NCBI GenBank assembly: GCA_035999335.1
Contig: DASYGV010000008.1
Location: 3,700-67,699, forward strand
Source: Thermoanaerobaculia bacterium
Lineage (GTDB): Bacteria; Acidobacteriota; Thermoanaerobaculia; Gp7-AA8
Direction: 5' to 3'
Length of the DNA: 64,000 nt
The notes under the pieces were generated by a model. The model saw nothing but the letters and a program-made list of their open reading frames with translations. It ran no database searches and was not told the origin of the DNA. Numbering within the stretch: the first letter of the stretch is position 1; each line of letters begins with the position of its first letter. Shown here one piece after another: positions 57,401-64,000 of this stretch. Both the position numbers and the translations under genes were made by a program.

Positions 57401-58603
57401 CTTCACGAGCTCGCGGAGATGGACCTGCGCCCGCCGGACGAGATTCCCGTGCCGGTCTTCCGTGATCTGCTCGCGATGGTGTTCGAGGTGCAGCAGGACG
57501 GCGATGACGAAACCGGCTACCGGCTGCGGTTGCGCGCGATGGGCGCAGCCGCCGCGAACGACGAGATGGCGCTTTTCGTGCGGCGCGAGAACGGCAGCTG
57601 GCTCATTCGCGGCGCAACGAACGGCGAGGAATTGAACGGCTTCACCGTTCTCGGCATGGCGGCGAAAGGAGAGCTCGAGCCGGCGCGCAAGTGGCTGAAC
57701 TGGACGCGCGAAGATGCGACCGGCGGCACGAGCGACGATCCTCTCGATGGCGATCCGTTCGCGGCGCTCTGGCCGAAGTCGAAGGCGACCGCCACCATCG
57801 AGGAGATCCGGCTCGCCGCGGCTTCGCTCGCGACGGACAAGTACAGCTGGGCGCAGAGCGAGCCGATTCTCGTCGCGGGGCGCGAGCAGGCAGCGAGCGA
57901 GCAGGCGAAGGCCGCGATCGATCTCGCGCTCGTCAAGATCTATCAGGGCCGCAAGGACTGGCCGCGCATGCTCGAAGCGACCTCGCGGCTCGTCGCATCC
58001 AACGCCGATTCGGCAACCGCATTCTCGACCCACATCGAAGCGCTGCTGCGGAACGGAAAGACATCTGAGGCTACGGCGCTTGCGCAAAAACGCCTCGAGC
58101 GGCTGCCCGAAGACCGCGAAGCCGTGCGCGCGCTTGCGCTCAGTGCGGCCGAGACCGGCGACTACACCGCGGCGCAGCAGTACGCGGTCAAGGTCGTCGA
58201 CGAGCTCCGTCCAAAGGACGACGACTTCACGCACGCGGCTTGGATCGCGCTCTTCACCGGCAATCAGCTCGAGCGCGCCATCGAGCACGCGCAGCGAGCG
58301 TCCCAGCAGAAGAAAGAGAAAGAGAACAAGGAGCAACCGCTGCCCGCGCTGGCCGCGCTCTACGCCGAGACCGGCCGAAGCGTGGAAGCACGCACCGCGT
58401 TGCTGCAGGGCATCGACGACACGAGCGCCGGCGTCCTGCACGACGGCGACTGGTACGTCCTCGGGCGCATCGCCGAGAACTACGGCGTCGACGACTACGC
58501 GATCACGGCCTACCGCAAGGTCGGCAAGAAAGGCGACGGCGCCGCGACCGTAAACGAGCTCGCGCAGCGTCGCCTCGACGGGCTGGTGAAGAAAAAGAAG
58601 TAA
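54494..58603 (+). CDS. large secreted transglutaminase-like (DUF3857 + transglutaminase core) protein with TPR-rich C-terminal half
   Basis: Signal peptide (AALAALVVLLALPLAAQ). HYGDCKDKASLLVAMLRLSG (transglutaminase-core Cys). Many TPR-like helical repeats in the C-terminal ~700 aa. Confidence 0.75.
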   Translation: MIVVPRCAALAALVVLLALPLAAQQNPWDAPAFTADPKALIAAAGRVEAGDYSVVMLLDEAEYVVGAEGETRSRERVMLYVVTDAGVEWSSEVRAPWAPWHDERPTIEARVVTRDGNVVPLDQSAVVEVPAGEETDIFSDGRVLRAPLPAVATGSVIEYVITRAGRNPIPGAGTAIHYNFGGYLPIERTRVTIDAPLTVDLRVVNQTGVEPRLDEKNTEKDGRRRTVYEAARIEGTRELDEYVPYDVAVRRYLAFSTGKSWQNIATSYSAIVDKQIADGDLQKLVRGAVGTATDRKEVVARLLAAIQKDIRYAGIEIGEGSIVPRTPRQVLANHYGDCKDKASLLVAMLRLSGFSAHVALLNAGSGFDTQPELPALSYFNHAIVVVDESTTGEPAIWVDPTDVFARAGELPQLDQGRMALIARPETTTLTRTPEIESTAHVYRELRTFYLPEDGKARVVEITEPSATTEASLRRWVTGFDPKRLREQIEEYAKSAYVAKTLTRYETTESKDLTKPFRLTVEVPESGSSSVGNGEGAVIINLASLPQNVPNTLRDWKEVEPGESPDDAPKKRTHDFLFPQPGVREWVYRIVPPVGYLPRTLPANETKNIGTTKFSQELRTEADNTVVATFRFDSGKRRITRAEFEETRVAFTKFVTTNTVTIGFEMAGQSKLNAGDVRGALDEFRRLAALHPKEAQHHIETARALLAGGLGDAARDEIRRAVAIEPKNARAHQMFGYILLHDSLGRMYRKGFDLKGAIAAYRKAKELDSDDYAIRSSFANVLSYGEDGYRFGRGARLTEAVDEVLAMAKDLGEGGKPMLPELALLYSHMGRFADVRTLAPTLEDTRQRDMASVLATASLDGAEAAVRELGAFDQQRKRTYASNVAQTLLALRLYPQAAALMDVATQGTAAAAEQRQAIDLFKKLKRVEDTPQDNGPRGVVAKFFDALMMKDVAMLRQLLPAEYMNGDDDPLHELAEMDLRPPDEIPVPVFRDLLAMVFEVQQDGDDETGYRLRLRAMGAAAANDEMALFVRRENGSWLIRGATNGEELNGFTVLGMAAKGELEPARKWLNWTREDATGGTSDDPLDGDPFAALWPKSKATATIEEIRLAAASLATDKYSWAQSEPILVAGREQAASEQAKAAIDLALVKIYQGRKDWPRMLEATSRLVASNADSATAFSTHIEALLRNGKTSEATALAQKRLERLPEDREAVRALALSAAETGDYTAAQQYAVKVVDELRPKDDDFTHAAWIALFTGNQLERAIEHAQRASQQKKEKENKEQPLPALAALYAETGRSVEARTALLQGIDDTSAGVLHDGDWYVLGRIAENYGVDDYAITAYRKVGKKGDGAATVNELAQRRLDGLVKKKK

Positions 58604-58626
58604 GCCGCGTTAAACTCGCGGCGCGC

Positions 58627-58702
58627 GCGCCCTTAGCTCAGTGGATAGAGCAGCGGTCTTCGGAACCGCGGGTCGGGGGTTCGAATCCCTCAGGGCGCGC
58701 CA
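58627..58702 (+). tRNA. tRNA-Arg (anticodon TCG)
   Basis: Hand-folded: GCGCCCT acceptor, GCTC/GAGC D-stem, GCGGT-CTTCGGA-ACCGC anticodon arm, GGGGG-TTCGAAT-CCCTC T-arm, encoded CCA. Confidence 0.9.
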
Positions 58703-58709
58703 ACCAGTT

Positions 58710-60257
58710 TTGTCGAGATCCGAACGCCTCCTGCTGTGGTCCACTTTCGCCGCGACGTTTGTCCTGCGCGCGGTCGCGTACTTCCGCTATCGCTTCGACT
58801 CCGACGAGCAGCAGCATCTCCACGTGACCTGGGGCTGGACCGCGGGCAAGGTCCAGTACCGCGACCTCTTCGATAATCACACACCGCTCTTTCACATCCT
58901 CACCGCGCCGATCCTCGCGTTGTTCGGTGAGCGCGCCGACATCTTGTTGTGGATGCGATTGCCGATGCTCGTCGTCTTCGCCGTGGTCGTGTGGGCGACG
59001 TGGGACGTCGCGCGCCGGATGTACGACGAGCGTGTCGCGATGTGGAGCGTCGCGCTGCTGATCCTCTTTCCGCCGTTCTTTCTCAAGTCGCTCGAGTTCC
59101 GGCCCGACAATCTCTGGAACGCGCTCTGGATGCTCGCGGTCGTCGGCCTCGTGCGCGGGTGGAGACCGTTCGTCATCGGCCTGCTCCTCGGATGCGCGGT
59201 CGCCGCCTCGCTGAAAACGTCGCTCCTGCTGATCACACTCGTCGGCGCAGCGATTCTGATGATCGTGTTCCGACGAGAGCGATGGAATGCGCGATGGCTC
59301 GAAGCGGCGATCGGCTTCGCCATCGTGCCTGGCGCGCTCGCGATGTACTTCATCAGCGCCGGCGCCTGGGACAAGCTGGTCTACTGCATCGTGACCTTCA
59401 ACGGCGACGTCGTCCTCACGCGAAAGAACCTCTGGATCGGACGAGCACTCTTTCCGTTCACGTCCGCGGCGCTCGTGTACGTAGCGTGGCGCACGCGGAA
59501 CGCGCCGCATCGATGGCGCTGGTACTTCGCGGTCGCGATGGGCGTGTTCACCGTGACGCTCGCGGGATTCTGGCCGCTGATCTCGCCGCGCGATTTCCTG
59601 CCGCTGATGCCGCTCGCCGCGATCTTCGCCGCGGCCGCGCTCACGCGCGCGCGCCGGCCGGTGATCGCGTTCAGCACCGTCATCGCGATCTTCCTCGGCG
59701 CGCTTTATTACTACGCCGATCGTTTCGAGAACAACACCGACTGGCACGTGACGATGATGGATCAGGCGCTGCGCCTGACTCGTCCCGGCGAGCGGCTGAT
59801 CGACGTCAAAGGCGAGACGATCTACCGCGAGCGGCCGTTCTACTTCGCGCTGGAGGTCGTCACGCGTTCGCAGATGGCGCAGGGCCGCATCCCCGACACG
59901 ATTGAAAAGGACGTGATCCGCACGCGCACGTATGCCGCGCAGGCCGACGGTCCGATGTGGCCTCCCGCCGCGCGCGCGTTCCTCAGCGACAACTTCGTGA
60001 ACCTCGGACGCCTCCGCGCGGCCGGGCAATGGGTGAAGCCCGACGGCACGTTCACGATCGCGATCCCGGGCGAGTACGTCGTTCTCAACGGTCTCGGCCA
60101 CGCGCGGGGCGCGCTCGACGGCACGCCGTACACCGGCGCGCGCGTGCTGGCGGCCGGCGCGCATCGGTTCGTTGGGGAGGAAGGAACGTGCGTAGTGTGG
60201 GCGCCTGCGTATCGGCGCGGCCACTCACCGTTTCACTTGCGCGATCTGGAGTTCTGA
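58710..60257 (+). CDS. GT-C membrane glycosyltransferase (GT39/ArnT/PMT_2-like)
   Basis: The track ORF start (58641) lies inside the tRNA and was rejected. The earliest in-frame start after the tRNA is TTG 58710, just before TM1 (LLLWSTFAATFVLRAVAYF). RFDSDEQQH in the first loop resembles the DE catalytic loop. About 10 TM helices. Start uncertain. Confidence 0.65.
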   Translation: MSRSERLLLWSTFAATFVLRAVAYFRYRFDSDEQQHLHVTWGWTAGKVQYRDLFDNHTPLFHILTAPILALFGERADILLWMRLPMLVVFAVVVWATWDVARRMYDERVAMWSVALLILFPPFFLKSLEFRPDNLWNALWMLAVVGLVRGWRPFVIGLLLGCAVAASLKTSLLLITLVGAAILMIVFRRERWNARWLEAAIGFAIVPGALAMYFISAGAWDKLVYCIVTFNGDVVLTRKNLWIGRALFPFTSAALVYVAWRTRNAPHRWRWYFAVAMGVFTVTLAGFWPLISPRDFLPLMPLAAIFAAAALTRARRPVIAFSTVIAIFLGALYYYADRFENNTDWHVTMMDQALRLTRPGERLIDVKGETIYRERPFYFALEVVTRSQMAQGRIPDTIEKDVIRTRTYAAQADGPMWPPAARAFLSDNFVNLGRLRAAGQWVKPDGTFTIAIPGEYVVLNGLGHARGALDGTPYTGARVLAAGAHRFVGEEGTCVVWAPAYRRGHSPFHLRDLEF

Positions 60258-60258
60258 G

Positions 60259-60316
60259 TTAGGACAAATAGGACGGATAGGACCTATGTGTCCCATTTGT
60301 CCTATTTGTCCTATCC
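60259..60316. repeat. nonamer-periodic palindromic element, copy 3
   Basis: ttaggacaa ataggacgg ataggacct atgtgtccc atttgtcct atttgtcct atcc. It fills the gap between convergent genes, and the fabG stop codon (cta, 60311-60313) lies in the last GTCCTAT unit. Confidence 0.8.
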
Positions 60317-61042
60317 CGTAAAAAGCCCGCCGCTCACGTTCAGCACCGTGCCGGTGATGTACGACGCCTGCTCGCTCGCGAGGAACACCACCGTGTATGC
60401 GATGTCGTCCGTCGTGCCGAGGCGCTTCAGCGCGATCCGCTCCGTCAGCTTTTCGCGCGCGTCGTCGCCGAGGGCGTCGGTCATCGCGGTCTGGATGTAG
60501 CCCGGCGCGACCGCGTTGACCGTGACGTTGCGCGACCCGATCTCCAACGCGAGCGACTTCGTGAAGCCGATCAGCGCCGCCTTGGACGACGCGTAGTTCA
60601 CCTGGCCAGGATTTCCCATCAGGCCGACGATCGACGAGATGTTGATCACGCGGCCCCACCGCGTGCGGATCATCTTCTTCACCACTTCCTGTGTGATGTG
60701 GAACGCGGAGTCGAGGTTCGTGCGCAGCACGTTCGTCCATGCCTCGACTTTCATACGGATGAAAAGATCGTCTTCCGTGATTCCCGCGTTGTTCACGAGG
60801 ATGTCGATCGGCCGCTCCTTCAGCAGCGCGCCGATGCGCTCGCGCACGTCGGCGGCGGCGATGTCGAGCTCCACGCCCGTCGCGTTGCCGATCTCGCCCG
60901 CGATCTGATTCACGCGATCGAGCGAGCGCGCGGCGACGAGCACGTGCGCCCCCGCTTCGCCGAGGCGGCGGGCGATCGATTCGCCGATGCCGCGCGAGGC
61001 GCCGGTGACGAGGGCGGTTTTTCCGGTGAGGTCGATCTTCAT
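60311..61042 (-). CDS. fabG: 3-oxoacyl-[ACP] reductase
   Basis: ORF trimmed to MKIDLTGKTALVTGASRGIG. NNAGI and YASSKAALIGFTKSLA. Confidence 0.9.
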   Translation of the reverse strand: MKIDLTGKTALVTGASRGIGESIARRLGEAGAHVLVAARSLDRVNQIAGEIGNATGVELDIAAADVRERIGALLKERPIDILVNNAGITEDDLFIRMKVEAWTNVLRTNLDSAFHITQEVVKKMIRTRWGRVINISSIVGLMGNPGQVNYASSKAALIGFTKSLALEIGSRNVTVNAVAPGYIQTAMTDALGDDAREKLTERIALKRLGTTDDIAYTVVFLASEQASYITGTVLNVSGGLFTG

Positions 61043-61053
61043 TTCGATTCCTT

Positions 61054-61683
61054 TCAAGTGAACAGATACGGGCCGACGACGTGCGCGGTGACGTCGCCGG
61101 CGAAGTGCGCGACGATTGCGGCTTCGATGCCCCACTTGCGATAGATCACCGCGAGCGCGATGGCGATGAACCCGTTCACCAACATCACCGCCGCGATCAC
61201 CATCGGGCCTGCCGCCATCCACCGCGTCAGATGCGCCGCGCCGAACGCGATCGCCGCGACGATGATGCCGCTCCAGATCGCGGCGTTGCGCGGCATTACG
61301 TGCGACAGCGCCCATGCGACGACGGTCATGATGAACAGCCGGAACACGATCTCTTCGAGGATGCTCGAGTCGAACGCGATGACGATGCGCTTCCAGAGCG
61401 GGATGGCCGCCTCGGCGATGATGCGGCTCTGCAGACCCGCGAGCGGAAGCAGCGCCAACGTGATGCCGCCGAGGACCACGCCGATCGGAAACGCGAGCAG
61501 CAGTCGCTTGGCAGTCGGCGGTACGTCGAGGCCGACACGCGCGCGGGCGTGAATCCCGGCGAGGACGAGCAACGCCACCGCAACCTCCGCGATCAGCAGC
61601 GCGGGGATCGGCGGCGGGAACGGGAACGAGAGCAGCGTCGCGATCGCGCCGAGTCCGAACAGCAACGCGAACGCACGCTTCAC
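61054..61683 (-). CDS. CPBP-family intramembrane glutamic endopeptidase (CAAX protease-like)
   Basis: SILEEIVFRLF (EExxxR motif) and FGAAH (FxxxH motif). Multi-pass membrane protein. Confidence 0.8.
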   Translation of the reverse strand: MKRAFALLFGLGAIATLLSFPFPPPIPALLIAEVAVALLVLAGIHARARVGLDVPPTAKRLLLAFPIGVVLGGITLALLPLAGLQSRIIAEAAIPLWKRIVIAFDSSILEEIVFRLFIMTVVAWALSHVMPRNAAIWSGIIVAAIAFGAAHLTRWMAAGPMVIAAVMLVNGFIAIALAVIYRKWGIEAAIVAHFAGDVTAHVVGPYLFT

Positions 61684-61684
61684 G

Positions 61685-62626
61685 TCAGCTCCCGCTGCTG
61701 GCCAGAAAGGCCTCGAGCGACGGCACGTCCGATACGTTCACCAGCTCGGCGGTGGAATCGATGCGCTTGATGAGACCCGTCAGCACGCTGCCCGGTCCGA
61801 TCTCGACGAAGCGCTTCACTCCCATCGCCACCATCTTCTCGACCGACTCCACCCATCGCACCGGCGACGCGACCTGCCGAAGCAGCGCGTTGCGTACGGC
61901 GGTCGCGGTCCCGATCGGCGAGGCATCGACATTCGATACGAGCGCGAACCAGAGGTCTTTGAAATGCGCCGCATCGAGAATCGGCTCGAGACGATCCGCG
62001 GCAGGCTTCATCAATTCGCAGTGAAATGGCGCGGACACCGGCAGCGGCAGCGCGCGGCGCACGCCGCGTTTCTTCGCGACGTCGATCGCGCGCTCGATGC
62101 CCGCCTTCGTGCCGGCGATGACGATCTGTCCCGGCGCGTTGATGTTCGCGACGGAGACGACCTCGCCCTGCGCGGCTTCCTCGCAGATCGCGCGCGCGTC
62201 TTCGACCGAGGGACCGATGAGCGCGGCCATGCCGCCCGTGCCGACCGGCACCGCGTCCTGCATGAACTTCCCGCGCGCGCGAACGATCGTTGCGGCTTCG
62301 GGTGCCCTGAGTCCGCCGACGCTCACGATCGCGCTGTACTCGCCGAGGGAGTGTCCAGCAACGAGATCGCGCCGCGTGGCGCCGTGCTCCTCGAGCACTG
62401 CGTGCAACGCCGAGGAGACGGCGAGGATCGCGGGCTGCGTGTTCTCGGTGAGCCTGAGGTCTTCGTCCGGACCCTCGAAGCAGAGCTTCGAGATCGAGAA
62501 GCCGAGGGCGGCGTCGATCTCATCGAAGACGCGCCGTGCGGCCGGATACTTTTCGGCGACGTCCCGACCCATGCCGGCGTACTGAGACCCCTGGCCAGGG
62601 AAGACGAATGCGGTGTTGTGGTCCAT
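61685..62626 (-). CDS. fabD: malonyl-CoA:ACP transacylase
   Basis: FVFPGQGSQYAGMG and GHSLGEYSA (active-site Ser). Confidence 0.95.
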   Translation of the reverse strand: MDHNTAFVFPGQGSQYAGMGRDVAEKYPAARRVFDEIDAALGFSISKLCFEGPDEDLRLTENTQPAILAVSSALHAVLEEHGATRRDLVAGHSLGEYSAIVSVGGLRAPEAATIVRARGKFMQDAVPVGTGGMAALIGPSVEDARAICEEAAQGEVVSVANINAPGQIVIAGTKAGIERAIDVAKKRGVRRALPLPVSAPFHCELMKPAADRLEPILDAAHFKDLWFALVSNVDASPIGTATAVRNALLRQVASPVRWVESVEKMVAMGVKRFVEIGPGSVLTGLIKRIDSTAELVNVSDVPSLEAFLASSGS

Positions 62627-62654
62627 CTCGGCGCGGATGATATCCCGCGCGATG

Positions 62655-63698
62655 TCAGCTCGACGCCAGCAATCCGCTGTCGTGCTCGCGAGAATGCAAG
62701 TCGCTGATCTTCTCGCGGATCTTGGCGTCGACGCGGTTCATGGCGAACCCGCGCGCGACGCGGACGGCGTTCTTGATCGCCTTCGCGTTCGAACGGCCGT
62801 GGGAGATGATGCAGCCGCCGTTCACGCCGAGAAGCGGCGCGCCGCCGTACTCGGAGTAGTCCATTCGCTTCTTGATGTCGGCGAACGCGCCTTTGAGGAT
62901 CGCCGCGCCGACCTTGCGCGCCGCGGTGCGCGTCACCTCGGACTTCAGCATCCCGCCGACCATCTCGCCGAGAGCTTCCGAGGCCTTCAGCACGACGTTG
63001 CCGATGAAGCCGTCGCAGACCACCACGTGCGCGTTGCCGTTGAACACGTCGCGCCCTTCCGCGTTCCCGATGAAGTTGAGGCCCGTTTCCTTCAGGACGC
63101 GGAACGTCTCCTTCGTCAGCTCGTTGCCCTTCCCCTCTTCCTCACCAATCGAGAGGAGACCGACGCGCGGCGCGTCGATGCCGAAGATCATCTGCGCGTA
63201 GAAGTGACCCATGACCGCGAACTCGCGCAGATACGCGGCCTTCGAGTCGACGTTGGCGCCGACGTCGAGCAGCACGGTGTGGCCGACGTCACTCGCGCTC
63301 GGCAGCACCGCCGCGAGCGCGGGACGGCTGACGCCCTCGATCGTTCCGATGACTCGGTACGCCGAGGTCATGGCCGCGCCGGTGTGCCCCGCGGAGACCA
63401 TGGCTTGCGCCTTCCCCTCGGCGACGAGGTTCGCGCAGACGCGGACGGACGAGTTGCGCTTGCGACGCAGCGGCGCGAGCGCGTTGTCCGTCATGTCGAC
63501 GACTTCGCGCGCGTCCACGAGGACGATGCGCGACGGGATCGTGCCGAGCTGTTCGCGCAGCACTTCCTCCCGTCCGACCAGCAGGATCTCGACGTCCGGG
63601 TACTCCTCGACCGCGAGCAGCGCGCCCTGTACGACTTCCGTGGGGGCGTTGTCGCCGCCCATGGCATCCAGGGCAATCCGGCAGCTCGGGGCGGCCAT
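62655..63698 (-). CDS. plsX: phosphate acyltransferase
   Basis: ORF trimmed to MAAPSCRIALDAMGGDNAP. GFIGNVVLK. Confidence 0.9.
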   Translation of the reverse strand: MAAPSCRIALDAMGGDNAPTEVVQGALLAVEEYPDVEILLVGREEVLREQLGTIPSRIVLVDAREVVDMTDNALAPLRRKRNSSVRVCANLVAEGKAQAMVSAGHTGAAMTSAYRVIGTIEGVSRPALAAVLPSASDVGHTVLLDVGANVDSKAAYLREFAVMGHFYAQMIFGIDAPRVGLLSIGEEEGKGNELTKETFRVLKETGLNFIGNAEGRDVFNGNAHVVVCDGFIGNVVLKASEALGEMVGGMLKSEVTRTAARKVGAAILKGAFADIKKRMDYSEYGGAPLLGVNGGCIISHGRSNAKAIKNAVRVARGFAMNRVDAKIREKISDLHSREHDSGLLASS

Positions 63699-63709
63699 CT
63701 GCGGAAGGA

Positions 63710-63892
63710 CTAGAGGACGTCCTTGGCGATGACTTCCCGACCCTTGTAGTAACCGCACTTCGCGCACACGCGATGCGGCTCTTTCGCTTCATGGCACTGC
63801 GGGCAGGTGGAGAGAGACTGCGGCTTGAGGAAATCGTGCGCACGGCGCGTGCGCGTTCTCTCCTTTGAGTGGCGGCGTTTCGGATTCGGCAT
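63710..63892 (-). CDS. rpmF: 50S ribosomal protein L32
   Basis: MPNPKRRHSKERTRTRRAH with CPQC...CAKCG zinc ribbon. Confidence 0.95.
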   Translation of the reverse strand: MPNPKRRHSKERTRTRRAHDFLKPQSLSTCPQCHEAKEPHRVCAKCGYYKGREVIAKDVL

Positions 63893-63916
63893 GAGTGGAC
63901 TCCTTCATGAATTCAG

Positions 63917-63938
63917 GGACGGGCTAAAGCCCGTCCTA
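63917..63938. repeat. GGACGGGC...GCCCGTCC hairpin (variant of the TAGGGCGGGC family)
   Basis: ggacgggc-taaa-gcccgtcc followed by tacg, between a partial yceD-like gene and rpmF. Confidence 0.6.
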
Positions 63939-63943
63939 CGTTT

Positions 63944-64000
63944 CTAAATGTTCTTTTTCTTCGACAGCTCTTCGCGAAAATCTTTCAGGGCTCCCCAGCG
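63944..64000 (-). CDS. DUF177/YceD-like protein (3' fragment; N-terminus beyond window end)
   Basis: Hand translation of the minus strand ends RWGALKDFREELSKKKNI*. This matches the conserved DPRW..LK C-terminus and the usual position upstream of rpmF. Confidence 0.5.
   Translation of the reverse strand, partial: RWGALKDFREELSKKKNI

Noticed and set aside
55658-58441. 927-aa minus-strand ORF antisense to the transglutaminase/TPR gene
   Set aside because: Low-complexity R/L/E/A-rich translation. The + strand frame has a signal peptide, the transglutaminase core motif and TPR repeats.
58638-60224. 528-aa minus-strand ORF, and the GTG 58641 start of the + strand ORF
   Set aside because: The minus ORF is an Arg/Asp/Glu-rich shadow of the membrane glycosyltransferase. 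The 58641 start lies within the tRNA-Arg D-arm, so the CDS was trimmed to begin after the tRNA.

Overview
High-GC (roughly two-thirds G+C by eye) bacterial chromosome segment. The gene content (PD40/BNR beta-propellers, TPR/transglutaminase giants, M6 and M23 peptidases, CARDB domains) suggests Acidobacteriota or a similar soil lineage; this is inference only. All family calls come from motifs I recognised in the translations, since no database search was possible. Most of the window is housekeeping: pheA, mfd, SurA-like PPIases, cobB, radC, ilvE, rpsF-rpsR-rplI, ansA, rpmF-plsX-fabD-fabG, and three tRNAs (Gly-CCC, Thr-CGT, Arg-TCG). The main accessory region is about 39.7-54.4 kb and ends at tRNA-Thr. 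It holds two diverged copies, in inverted orientation, of a tightly coupled gene pair that I cannot assign to any named system. Each pair is a cytoplasmic HExxH gluzincin-like protein followed by a ComEC-type MBL-fold hydrolase (42924-46197 on +, 54101-50991 on -). The two copies bracket a 1271-aa secreted M6 (InhA-like) peptidase and a Uma2 endonuclease gene flanked by ~80-bp direct repeats. Directly upstream is an operon of a 79-aa Asp/Gly-rich acidic peptide, a JmjC/cupin-4 oxygenase and a sucrase/ferredoxin-like protein. Other points: a possible Phe-leader attenuator before pheA; a vapBC module; a 129-bp duplicated permease 3' end bracketing a two-gene secreted-protein cassette; and several families of intergenic palindromic repeats, some of which supply the stop codons of adjacent genes. 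Many long ORFs in the track are GC-driven antisense shadows and were rejected.
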